Positions 18,834 through 27,221 are shown, numbered from the stretch's first letter. The stretch is DNA of 28,316 bases from Candidatus Moraniibacteriota bacterium (GCA_014729445.1 WJJX01000105.1:1-28316), one strand, 5' to 3'. Numbers and translations are program-made. Notes: generated by a model not told the origin, from the letters alone.

Positions 18834-19880
18834 ATGAAGAAATTACTCCTAAAAGTTATCAATCTATTCCCGCCTGGACTGATTAAGGTTATCAAAAAAC
18901 TGCCCTTGATTAACGACGGTAGTTATTATTATTTCAAATTAAAAAACAGAGTGCCGATGCCCAAAAGTGCGATAATCGACGTAATGAATATCTGCAATCT
19001 CAATTGTCCGATTTGTCCCACCGGCACCAATACCTTAAAACAAAAACAAAAGCCGATGAGTCTTAAAGATTTTAAAAATATTTTAGATCAAATCCCGACT
19101 TTGCAACAGGTAAGCCTATACAACTGGGGTGAGCCTTTCTTAAATCCTGAAATCTTTAAAATCATTAAATACGCCAAAAGCCGAGGAATTTTTACCATTA
19201 TTCACTCAAATTTAAGTCTTGAAAAAAACGATGAATTTTTCGAAAAGCTTATTGATTCGGGGATTGACAGGTTGTCCGTATCCTTAGACGGAGTCAGCCG
19301 GGAAAGTTATTCCAAATACCGAAAAAACGGCAACTTTGATTTGGTGCTTAACAATCTTAAAAAGTTAGCCCGATTAAAAACTGAAAAAGGCGCAAAAAAT
19401 CCCAACCTTGTTTGGCAGTTGGTTGTCAATAAATACAATGAAGGTGAACTTAAAGAGGCTAAAAAAATAGCCAAAAAAATCAAAGTTCAGCTAAATTTTA
19501 CCGAATTTGGGGCAGGCGACAGTGTGCCTGATTTAAAGTTTAAGGGCAGTTTAAAGGAGAGAATGCAAAAATGGCTGCCGAAAAATAATGATTACAAGTA
19601 TAATCATTATCAGGGCAAATATTCGTTTCCTTTGTATAACACCCACTGCTGGATGCTTTTTAATCAACCCACCATCACTCCGGATGCCAAAGTCTATCCT
19701 TGCTGTTTTTTAACCAACCAGAAGAACGCTTTCGGCGATTTAAAAAAACAGGAATTTAAAACAATTTGGAATAATCAAAAATATACCAGCGCCCGACAAC
19801 TCTTCATAAAATCAAAACCCAAAACCAAACAGGTTCCCACTATCTGCCAAAAATGCAATAATTATAAAAAATATCGCTAA
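18834..19880 (+). CDS. radical SAM enzyme with a C-terminal SPASM/twitch-like Cys cluster
   Basis: CxxxCxxC motif (CNLNCPICP) near the N-terminus. C-terminal cysteines (HCWMLF...YPCCFL...ICQKCNNY) are typical of SPASM domains. Confidence 0.75.
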   Translation: MKKLLLKVINLFPPGLIKVIKKLPLINDGSYYYFKLKNRVPMPKSAIIDVMNICNLNCPICPTGTNTLKQKQKPMSLKDFKNILDQIPTLQQVSLYNWGEPFLNPEIFKIIKYAKSRGIFTIIHSNLSLEKNDEFFEKLIDSGIDRLSVSLDGVSRESYSKYRKNGNFDLVLNNLKKLARLKTEKGAKNPNLVWQLVVNKYNEGELKEAKKIAKKIKVQLNFTEFGAGDSVPDLKFKGSLKERMQKWLPKNNDYKYNHYQGKYSFPLYNTHCWMLFNQPTITPDAKVYPCCFLTNQKNAFGDLKKQEFKTIWNNQKYTSARQLFIKSKPKTKQVPTICQKCNNYKKYR

Positions 19881-19881
19881 A

Positions 19882-21135
19882 ATGAGAATTCTGCATATCC
19901 ACAAATCGTTTAAAAAAAACACGACCGACGGTTCGCTAAGCGCGCTTTTGGAAACCAAAAAACTCCTTGAAAAAAAAGGCCACACAGTGATCATCTTTTC
20001 AACCAAAGATAAGAAAAATTTAAAAACCGAATATGCAAAATACTTCCCTAAAAATTTTAATTATAATGAAATAAAGAGCTTTTTTAAAAAAATCTATTAT
20101 CTGCCTAAAGTTTTTTATAATCTGGAGGCCAAAAAAAACTTGGAGACTCTGATCAAAAAAGAAAAACCTCAGATTGCCCATCTCCACAGCCTTCACTTTT
20201 ATTTAAGCCCCTCGATCATAGATGTCTTAAAAAAATACAATATTCCCATTATTCACAAGCTGCCTACTTATCAGTTGTTTTGCCCCAATTATCGGTTTTT
20301 CACCCAGGGAAAAATCTGTGAAAAGTGCAAAGGCGGCAAATTTTATCACTGCGCCCTAAACAAATGCTTGAAAAACTCCTTTAAAGTAAGTCTGGTCGCC
20401 GTCTTAGAAGCCTATTTTTCAGGAATTTTTAAATTTTACCAAAAAGTAGACCTATTTTTGGCCCCCAGCCTCTTTATGCAAAAAAAAGCAATAGAGCACG
20501 GCCTAGCTCCCAATAAAGTGAAATTGCTTCGAAATGTTTTTAATTTTGACCAAATTAAGCCAGATTATCAAAACAAAAATTATTTTTTGTATTACGGTCT
20601 AATCGCCGAGGAAAAGGGGATAGAAAGCTTAATTCTAGCCGTAAATCGGCTTAAAAAAGCTCGAAAATTGGGTCAAAACAAGCTCAAAATCGCCGGAAAC
20701 GGCCCCAAAAAGCAGGAATACCAGAAAATAGTCAAAAATCTAGGCCTAAAAGAAGAAATTAAATTTGTTCCCAATCTAGCCAAAGGCTCAACAGAATGGA
20801 AAAATCTAATCAAAGAGGCCAAATTTGTCACAATTCCCTCCATTTGGTATGAAAATTCCCCCAATACCGCAACCGAAGCCATGGCCTTTGGCAAGCCCGT
20901 AATTGTCTCCAACTGCGGCGGCAGTCCGGAAATGATCGAAAACCACAAAAGCGGTTTTATTTTTGAAGCCGGCAATTCCAAAGCTTTAGCTCAAAAAATA
21001 GACCAATTGCTTAAAGATCCAAAAAAAATCAAGCAAATGGGCCAAGCCGTCAGGAAAAGAGCCGAAACCATCAACAACGAAGAGCGGTATTATGAAAAAT
21101 TAATAAGTTTTTATAAAGCTTTGGCCAACCGTTAA
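19882..21135 (+). CDS. GT4-family (GT-B) glycosyltransferase
   Basis: C-terminal Glyco_trans_1 signature EAMAFGKPVIVSNCGGSPEMIENHKSGFIFE. Its start overlaps the stop of the rSAM gene. Confidence 0.8.
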   Translation: MRILHIHKSFKKNTTDGSLSALLETKKLLEKKGHTVIIFSTKDKKNLKTEYAKYFPKNFNYNEIKSFFKKIYYLPKVFYNLEAKKNLETLIKKEKPQIAHLHSLHFYLSPSIIDVLKKYNIPIIHKLPTYQLFCPNYRFFTQGKICEKCKGGKFYHCALNKCLKNSFKVSLVAVLEAYFSGIFKFYQKVDLFLAPSLFMQKKAIEHGLAPNKVKLLRNVFNFDQIKPDYQNKNYFLYYGLIAEEKGIESLILAVNRLKKARKLGQNKLKIAGNGPKKQEYQKIVKNLGLKEEIKFVPNLAKGSTEWKNLIKEAKFVTIPSIWYENSPNTATEAMAFGKPVIVSNCGGSPEMIENHKSGFIFEAGNSKALAQKIDQLLKDPKKIKQMGQAVRKRAETINNEERYYEKLISFYKALANR

Positions 21136-21167
21136 TTTAAGTCTAATTTAAATTAATCACCTCAATT

Positions 21168-22160
21168 ATGCTTCAAAATCCCGTCAAAAATGCAAAAATC
21201 AGTGTGATAACCACCGTCTACAACGGCGAAAAGTTTTTAGCTCAAACCATTGAATCTATCCTAAATCAATCCTACAAAAACTTTGAATATATTATAATCG
21301 ACGACGCCTCCAAAGATTCAAGCGTTGAAATTATCAAGAAATTCAAGCAAAAAGACCCGAGAATCAAATTTTTTAAAAACCCGAAAAACCAGGGCATTAC
21401 CAAATCCCTAAATTCGGCCCTAAAAAAAGCCAAAGGAGAATACATCGCCGTTATCGATCACGACGACGTCGCCCAAAAAGAAAGACTTCAAACAGAAGCC
21501 GACTTCTTAAACCAAAACCCGGATATTTTTCTTGTTGGAACCTGGTCCAAATACATTAACCAAAACGGAGAAGTTAAAAGCTACTTTAAGCCGAAATTAG
21601 ATCATAAAACTTTAAAAAAAAAGCTTCTGACTCTAAATCCCATCTTTCATCCTTCGATTATGTTTAGAAATCAAGGAGATTTATTTTATCGAGAAAAAAT
21701 CTTTTTTTGCCATGACTTGGACTTCTGCCAAAGATTGGTCACCGACGGCAAAAAATTGGCCAACATTCCTCAATTTTTAACCAATTATCGCATTTACGAC
21801 AAACAAACTTCAATGAAAAATTTGATTCATCAAAAACTTTTCGCCCAAAAATCCAATGAATTTTACAAGCAGAGACTCAAAAACAAAAAAGACAACTATG
21901 CCGAATTCGACCCCAGTGAAATTTTCAAACTAAACACCGACAATTTGGACAGTGAATTTATTTTAAGAAATCATATTTCCTTAAATTTCCGCCAAAACAA
22001 ATTCCAAAAAACCCGAAAGCTTTGTCGAAAACACTTCAAACAATTCGGCTTTTCAAGCCGGATTCTAATTTTCTATTTAACTTCCTTTTTGCCCAAAAAA
22101 CTAATCCGGTTTTTAAGAAAAAAAGCCGGCTATTTAATTAAGTTGAAGCTGCAGGGGTAG
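21168..22160 (+). CDS. GT2-family (GT-A) glycosyltransferase
   Basis: N-terminal ISVITTVYNGEKFL...IIIDDASKDSS with a DxD-like DHDD motif, which is the classic GT2 fold signature. Confidence 0.8.
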   Translation: MLQNPVKNAKISVITTVYNGEKFLAQTIESILNQSYKNFEYIIIDDASKDSSVEIIKKFKQKDPRIKFFKNPKNQGITKSLNSALKKAKGEYIAVIDHDDVAQKERLQTEADFLNQNPDIFLVGTWSKYINQNGEVKSYFKPKLDHKTLKKKLLTLNPIFHPSIMFRNQGDLFYREKIFFCHDLDFCQRLVTDGKKLANIPQFLTNYRIYDKQTSMKNLIHQKLFAQKSNEFYKQRLKNKKDNYAEFDPSEIFKLNTDNLDSEFILRNHISLNFRQNKFQKTRKLCRKHFKQFGFSSRILIFYLTSFLPKKLIRFLRKKAGYLIKLKLQG

Positions 22161-22174
22161 GCTTTAATTGGTCG

Positions 22175-22816
22175 TTAGTTGGTTTTTTTCACAACCTTTT
22201 CCAAAAAGCCCTCCACTTCGCTAAGTTCGACTTGGAATCCATCAGAAAACTCAATCTCCTCCTCCTCAATATCATCAAAATAAACCAAACTCTTCAAAAC
22301 TAATGCTTCGTCTAAATTTGGAAATTTTTCCCTTAACTTGATCAATAGTTCCTCTAACTTATATTTCTTCAAAATGAAATATAAATCAATATAGTCCTTA
22401 CTTGTCGCTCTACTAGTTATCGCGTTTAATTTCATCAAAGCAATATCTAAAACACTCGCCAATTTCAAATTTTCATCACTTACAAAATCTTCAATTAAAT
22501 CAACCTTTAAAGTAAAAAAGCTCAACTTGACATTCTCCCCAATAATAACAGTAAGCGTATTCTCTTCTTCCTGAATTTTATTAATCTCAAAATTTTTAAA
22601 AACATCTTTTATCATTTGGAATAACTTTTGTGTATCAATATCTTTTTTCGAAAAAAAATCAAAATCAACACTATCTCGATGTCCTATTTGAAGAGCAAGC
22701 GCAGTTCCTCCTCCAAGATAAAAATCCTTTTTAAAATTTTTTAAATATTTAACAACCTCTAACCGTTCTTTGTCGAGTATTTTGTAATATAGCATCTTTA
22801 TTAAAATCAAGAACAA
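22175..22816 (-). CDS. AbiEii/AbiGii-family nucleotidyltransferase (type IV toxin-like)
   Basis: YLGGGTALALQIGHRDSVDFDFF matches the GG(T/S)AL...R.S.D.D nucleotidyltransferase motif of AbiEii/DUF1814-like toxins. The true start may be the internal Met at about 22795. Confidence 0.65.
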   Translation of the reverse strand: MFLILIKMLYYKILDKERLEVVKYLKNFKKDFYLGGGTALALQIGHRDSVDFDFFSKKDIDTQKLFQMIKDVFKNFEINKIQEEENTLTVIIGENVKLSFFTLKVDLIEDFVSDENLKLASVLDIALMKLNAITSRATSKDYIDLYFILKKYKLEELLIKLREKFPNLDEALVLKSLVYFDDIEEEEIEFSDGFQVELSEVEGFLEKVVKKTN

Positions 22817-23036
22817 TTGACCAATAATTAAGTGACTTTTTATTCCATTCCCCTGAATAAGATCTATTAATCACTTCTAAAATCTCGCTTCTTGAATAAT
22901 TATCAAACAGCCAATTTATCGCCTGCTTACTCCCTAAATTCAAGATATTTAAAATTATCACTTTCTTATCCTTTTCTAAATCTATCTTAGAAAAATCGTA
23001 AGACCACAAAAAAGGCTTAATGAAATTTGGAAGCAT
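22749..23036 (-). CDS. small partner protein of the nucleotidyltransferase (putative antitoxin)
   Basis: 95-aa ORF directly upstream of, and overlapping, the nucleotidyltransferase gene on the same strand. The conserved-looking N-terminus LWSYDFSKIDLEKDKKVIILNILNLG recalls small partners seen with AbiEii-like genes. This is inference only. Confidence 0.4.
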   Translation of the reverse strand: MLPNFIKPFLWSYDFSKIDLEKDKKVIILNILNLGSKQAINWLFDNYSRSEILEVINRSYSGEWNKKSLNYWSIVLDFNKDAILQNTRQRTVRGC

Positions 23037-23237
23037 AATATTTATTAATTCTCACACTGCTATTATAGCATTTTAAATAATTTTCACCATAAGCCAGACC
23101 GAATCGTCACCAGCCGCTAAGCCGACTACTAAGTAAACAGTCACCTGAAAACTTGACCAAACCCTCCAAAAATGGTATTTTTTATAGCTTTCAAAAGATT
23201 TTTTTGAAAGTCTAAAAATTGATCTAATTTCTTAGTC

Positions 23238-23280
23238 AGCTGTCCGCGGATTATAATAACCCAAGCGTTTAAAAACGCGC
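23238..23280 (+). repeat. 42-nt repeat CAGCTGTCCGCGGATTATAATAACCCAAGCGTTTAAAAACGCGC (copy 1)
   Basis: It contains a TATAAT core flanked by CCGCGG, followed by the palindrome GCGTTTAAAAACGC. It is about 80% identical to 27319-27360. It lies in the intergenic region upstream (minus-strand sense) of the nucleotidyltransferase pair. Confidence 0.5.
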
Positions 23281-23374
23281 CGTCGGCACCATAGCCGACA
23301 AAATCGCCGCTCTTTGCAACCCTTTTCCCAACTCCAAATCAAAACCCTTCCACCCCATTCAAAAAAAATTTATT

Positions 23375-23650
23375 TCACCTTCCATAATTCAACCTCTCTC
23401 TTATCATCCCATCACTCCTATGAACAAATAATTCCGTCTTTTTGTCTCTGGCCAGCTTCTTCCCAAAGTCAATTGCTTCTTTTTGAGTATCAAAAACTCT
23501 GAATGATTTTTTAGAATCTAATCGTTTAATTACCCAATTACTGTTATCATAAACAATATGCCACGCCAAAAGACCCTTTCTTACAGCTTTTTCATAGGCT
23601 TTAATCTGAGGATTATTTAAATTTCTACGTTTTAAAGTTATTTCTTTCAT
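23375..23650 (-). CDS. DUF2188-family small protein
   Basis: WHIVYDNSNWVIKR...FDTQKEAIDFGKKLARDKKTELFVHRSDGMIRERLNYG matches the DUF2188 pattern (W.V...........F.TK.EAI..A...A......L.IH..DG.I.E...YG). Confidence 0.6.
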   Translation of the reverse strand: MKEITLKRRNLNNPQIKAYEKAVRKGLLAWHIVYDNSNWVIKRLDSKKSFRVFDTQKEAIDFGKKLARDKKTELFVHRSDGMIRERLNYGR

Positions 23651-24248
23651 TTTTATAATTTATAAATTTGACTAAATTATTTTCTTTAATTTGAATAGTT
23701 TCTAAATATTTAATTTTCTCCTTTCTTGAATCAAAATATAATTTTTTAAAAATCATTTTATCCTTTTTATCATAAATACTCTTATAAACCATCAATTTAA
23801 CTTTCGGATAATTCTTAGCAATCCATAACAACACTTCTCTTGATCCCGAATGCGTTTTATAAAAATGTATATCGCTGAATTTTCTATCACGATGTAAAAA
23901 CGCGATGAATGCCCTCTTTAAATCATCCGGAATAACACTATAAACAATAGGAGTTTTATTCTTTTTTAAAATCTTTCTTATTTTAATCTTTGCCCCCAAA
24001 ACAGTTGATAAAGTTCCATCAAAAACTACTCCTTTATAATCAAACAAATACTCTGACAAAAACTCAGTTTTTCCAGAAGCGGTTCCGCCATTCATCAAAA
24101 TAATCCGCCAAAATCTATCATCTTTCAAAACTCCATCAAATTCTTTATCGGCTAACTTTGCTGATTTTTTATGATAATTCTCAACTTTTTTAGGATCATA
24201 ACCTTTAAAACTTTTCTTGATCTCATCAGCAGAGATAATTTTTGTCAT
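23625..24248 (-). CDS. P-loop kinase-like protein, zeta-toxin/AAA_33-like (tentative)
   Basis: Walker A-like ILMNGGTASGKTEF, of a size typical for zeta-toxin/UNAG-kinase-like P-loop proteins. It overlaps the DUF2188 gene at its 3' end, suggesting co-operonic organisation. Confidence 0.5.
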   Translation of the reverse strand: MTKIISADEIKKSFKGYDPKKVENYHKKSAKLADKEFDGVLKDDRFWRIILMNGGTASGKTEFLSEYLFDYKGVVFDGTLSTVLGAKIKIRKILKKNKTPIVYSVIPDDLKRAFIAFLHRDRKFSDIHFYKTHSGSREVLLWIAKNYPKVKLMVYKSIYDKKDKMIFKKLYFDSRKEKIKYLETIQIKENNLVKFINYKNERNNFKT

Positions 24249-24426
24249 AATTTTACTAATTCCTAAATCCTTCCTACTAACATCCTAAATAAATTTAATT
24301 TATAATTCAAGACTCCATCAAACAAACAAAAAATGGTCACTGTCAGTTTTATTGTCGTAATCCGCTAAACCGAACACCAGCCGCCGACCAGCATGTCGGT
24401 CCAATCTTACATAAAAACCAACAGTC

Positions 24427-24469
24427 ATAACCCCGAGACTTCAGTCCGGGGTTATGGCGGCTGAAAGGC
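24427..24469 (+). repeat. ~43-nt hairpin repeat, copy A (CATAACCCCG-N11-CGGGGTTATGGCGGCTGAAAGG)
   Basis: 9-bp perfect stem ATAACCCCG/CGGGGTTAT. It shares about 80% identity with copies at 24659 and 25620. Confidence 0.5.
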
Positions 24470-24658
24470 CTACCCCTCCCAAAAAGTCTATCCCCACCGA
24501 CAACTCCATTGACTTTTTATCTAAAATATGGTACAGTTTCTCGTTATCTATGAAAATAATCTAACATTTTCGTAGATAAAGAACCTTCTATCGGGATAAT
24601 AACAAATTACCTCTAAAAATAAGGCTTTTTCGTTTAAGCCTGACTGAAATGGATTTTA

Positions 24659-24701
24659 CATAACCCCGAAACTTTAGTCCGGAGTTATGACAGCTGGAAA
24701 A
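24659..24701 (+). repeat. ~43-nt hairpin repeat, copy B
   Basis: CATAACCCCGAAACTTTAGTCCGGAGTTATGACAGCTGGAAAA. It has the same architecture as copy A, with one C/A mismatch in the stem. Confidence 0.5.
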
Positions 24702-24995
24702 CCCCAGCCCTCCTCGCCACGCTTGGCTGGCGTAGCGGGCCTTCACAGGGAGGGGGCAAACCTCCCCGTCCCTCCGCTCCGGAGGGAACCTACATTACAG
24801 TACCTCCAAACTCTATTCAAGGGTTCCTCCCGGATCGGGAGGACAGGAGGGTTCCCCAACCCAAACCGGGGGTTTGGGGGTTCAAAGGTCAAATCCATAA
24901 AATTTATTTCAGTCAGGCTTCGAGAAGCTTAAAAAATAACTGGGGATGCTGCCGCCTGACGTTGCAGTGTTCCCTAAAAATTACTGGAGGTAAAA

Positions 24996-25484
24996 ATGAA
25001 TAAAAACTTGTTGTTTGTATTAATCTTTATGGTAATAATGGTGTTGGGAGCATGTTCGTCCCAAGATCAGAACACGGCAGATGGTGATGTCAACATCACC
25101 ATCTATGATTACACAGACGGGCATCTTGTGTATGAAGGAAACCCGGAGAGTGCCAAATTGTATTTCGACTACACATGTGAATACGAAGGATTTATAAGGC
25201 AATTCTGGTGGGTTTCCGAGAGACTCTCAGGGAAGTACGTATGGGAAGTTATATCCTCCCCCATTGACGAATACTGGAATGGTTTCTGGCTTATCAAAGG
25301 ATTTCTGGTGGAAGAAGGGGAGACCATAAGCAGAAACATCTGCATCTATGTGGTGGAAGATACCCCAGAAGAGATTGCCGCCGCTATAAAAAATTATTAT
25401 CAGACGAGTGCAACCTTTTCAATTTATTATCCCCAAGATGAATCAGGGGATATTGTTACGGAGTTCCTCTTAATCGAGGAGTAA
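24996..25484 (+). CDS. putative lipoprotein of probably foreign origin
   Basis: Signal peptide with a lipobox (MNKNLLFVLIFMVIMVLGAC-SSQ). A strong GGAGG Shine-Dalgarno sits 7 nt upstream, which is unusual in this window. The gene is visibly GC-richer and uses different codons than its neighbours. No homolog was recognised. Confidence 0.6.
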   Translation: MNKNLLFVLIFMVIMVLGACSSQDQNTADGDVNITIYDYTDGHLVYEGNPESAKLYFDYTCEYEGFIRQFWWVSERLSGKYVWEVISSPIDEYWNGFWLIKGFLVEEGETISRNICIYVVEDTPEEIAAAIKNYYQTSATFSIYYPQDESGDIVTEFLLIEE

Positions 25485-25619
25485 CAAGTAACAGTTCCTT
25501 TGAACAAAGAAAACAGCCCAAGGTGGGTTTGGACATAAAGGAGAAATCCTTGATGTCCTATGAGATTCAATTCTCACTCACCTTCGGGCTTTTTTCAATT
25601 CAAAACAAAACCAAAAATC

Positions 25620-25658
25620 CCAACCCCGAAACATTAGGCCGGGGTTATGATGGCTTGG
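25620..25658 (+). repeat. ~43-nt hairpin repeat, copy C
   Basis: CCAACCCCGAAACATTAGGCCGGGGTTATGATGGCTTGG. It lies between the lipoprotein gene and the 3' end of the AbiEii gene. Confidence 0.45.
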
Positions 25659-25701
25659 TAAATAAGCTTATGAACTTACAGCTTAATTTTAGACAGCTGA
25701 A

Positions 25702-26379
25702 CTATTCGCTTCTGATTTTTAGCTCAAACAACAATTTATTTATCAAATTTTTTTTAGTATCAACCTTTTGCTTTTCATCCAAAACCTCTCCTAATCCGTC
25801 AAGAATCAAGGCGGGGTTAATCTTTTTTTCAATAAAATCGATTAGTTCCTTAAAATATTCCTTCAAATTTTTGCCTGTTCTTTGTTTAATAATCTCTTCG
25901 CTAATGTTAAAGCCTTGTTCAAACATAAAAAGAGCGTCAAAAAGGTCTCTGTTTTGGGGTTTTCTTCTGTCGGTAATGGCGCAAAGTTTATGGGCGAACA
26001 TACAATCTTTAGTCATTGTCTTAACCGTAAAACCGTAAAAATTTTTTGTTTCGTATTTATCAAGATAGCGTCTTTTACTGACTTCAACCTTGACTTTTTG
26101 CCTGCCTTTTTCAAAACTCCCAAGCCAAAACCAGGTGTTTCTTTTGGATATATTTTCCTCCAAAATCAAGTATTGTTTTAAGATTTTAGTTAATTCATAA
26201 CTTTTCAATTCATTGTTTAAAAGGTTAAAATCAAGATCCGTTGAAAAACGGTTGAGTTTATGAAAGAGATAAAGGCAGGTTCCGTCCTTAAAAGCCAGTT
26301 TGTTTTGGAGGCGTTTATTTGAATAAATATCGGCCAGAATTTTTTTTAAAATTATTTCGTGGCGTGTTCTATCAAGCAT
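25702..26379 (-). CDS. AbiEii-family nucleotidyltransferase toxin (type IV TA)
   Basis: FKDGTCLYLFHKLNRFSTDLDF is the hallmark AbiEii/DUF1814 motif. It overlaps the upstream AbiEi-like gene by 8 nt. Confidence 0.8.
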   Translation of the reverse strand: MLDRTRHEIILKKILADIYSNKRLQNKLAFKDGTCLYLFHKLNRFSTDLDFNLLNNELKSYELTKILKQYLILEENISKRNTWFWLGSFEKGRQKVKVEVSKRRYLDKYETKNFYGFTVKTMTKDCMFAHKLCAITDRRKPQNRDLFDALFMFEQGFNISEEIIKQRTGKNLKEYFKELIDFIEKKINPALILDGLGEVLDEKQKVDTKKNLINKLLFELKIRSE

Positions 26380-26938
26380 AGTCTTTAATTAACTTTTTAA
26401 TTTCTTTTAAAAGATTTTGATTTTCGTAAATTCCGGCAATTTTTAAAAGTTTTTCTACATCTAAACCGGAAAGGTTGTCAAAAGCCAGCTTGGGTTTTAA
26501 ATAAAGGCTGTCGCAGATTGCCCTTTCTTTGGAAGCGATTAAATAGTTTTCCTTTTGTTCAATTCCCAGCGAATTAAAAAAAATATCAGATTTGATTTGA
26601 TGATACTTAAAAATTTTGTCTTCAACTTTTACGTTTTTGGTTTTAAGCGCCATGCTGTGAATATTCTTATAATATTGAAAAACAACACCGTGTTTATTTA
26701 ACGCAGTATAAAAAGAAATATAGGAAACGGGAACAATTTTTTGAGCTAATTCAAAGTCGTCAAAATCTTTTTCTATGTAGTAAATACCCTTTTTGATTTT
26801 TTTCAAATCTCCCTTTCTTAAATAATACTTAATTGCCTCGATTAACTTTTTTCTGTCGTTTTCCCGCCAAATAACGCCCAAGTCCTGAATGGTTAAAATT
26901 TTTTGTCGAGCTTTTAAAAGCTCGGTTATTTTTGTCAT
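26372..26938 (-). CDS. AbiEi-family antitoxin/transcriptional regulator (type IV TA)
   Basis: The N-terminal winged-HTH pattern ILTIQDLGVIWRENDRKKLIEAIKYYLRKGDLKKIKKGIYYI matches the AbiEi_4 N-domain consensus (L...G.L.RL.RG.Y). It sits upstream of, and overlapping, the AbiEii gene. Confidence 0.75.
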   Translation of the reverse strand: MTKITELLKARQKILTIQDLGVIWRENDRKKLIEAIKYYLRKGDLKKIKKGIYYIEKDFDDFELAQKIVPVSYISFYTALNKHGVVFQYYKNIHSMALKTKNVKVEDKIFKYHQIKSDIFFNSLGIEQKENYLIASKERAICDSLYLKPKLAFDNLSGLDVEKLLKIAGIYENQNLLKEIKKLIKDYA

Positions 26939-26947
26939 CGTTTTATT

Positions 26948-26998
26948 TTACGGTTAAAAAACTACCGTAATTATAAACAAGCGAAGGAATACTGTCAA
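26948..26998 (-). promoter_or_regulatory. consensus TTGACA-N17-TATAAT promoter (minus strand) with an embedded 7-bp inverted repeat
   Basis: On the minus strand the -35 box is at 26993-26998 and the -10 box at 26970-26975. The inverted repeat TTACGGT-N9-ACCGTAA (26948-26970) overlaps the -10 box and the predicted transcription start, immediately upstream of the AbiEi start codon. This fits the known AbiEi mechanism of autorepression through promoter inverted repeats. Confidence 0.5.
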
Positions 26999-27109
26999 GA
27001 GATAGCAATAGGGTAATATCTAGGAGATGGAACAAGGACAATATAAAATAGAAAAGCCGGTGTCGAAACCACCAGCTAATCTAATAAATATTAACCTTGT
27101 TCAAAACTA

Positions 27110-27138
27110 TTGACAAAACTTAAATTTTAAGATAATAA
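27110..27138 (+). promoter_or_regulatory. candidate plus-strand promoter TTGACA-N15-17-GATAAT/TAATAA
   Basis: Read directly from the sequence. It points into the ~620-bp hairpin-rich element, and no ORF lies downstream for about 800 nt. Confidence 0.3.
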
Positions 27139-27221
27139 TTAATGTTTTCTTTGTAAAAAGGGGGACTGTACCTTAATTTGAGACTGTACCCCCCAAACCC
27201 CCAAGGGGGCTTATGTAATCG

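Noticed and set aside
24427-24469. Integron attC-like site (ATAAC...GTTAT inverted cores)
   Set aside because: The cores do not fit the RYYYAAC / GTTRRRY consensus. There is no integrase gene and no cassette-like spacing.
24687-24932. 81-aa plus-strand ORF in the GC-rich non-coding island
   Set aside because: It runs across successive GC palindromes and repeat units. It has a Pro/Gly/Arg-rich low-complexity translation, no RBS, and overlaps the hairpin repeats. It is an artefact of a GC-rich stretch in an AT-rich genome.
25523-26038. 171-aa plus-strand ORF, and the 99-aa plus-strand ORF 25882..26181
   Set aside because: They are antisense to the well-supported AbiEii gene and have a low-complexity Ser/Leu/Phe-rich translation.
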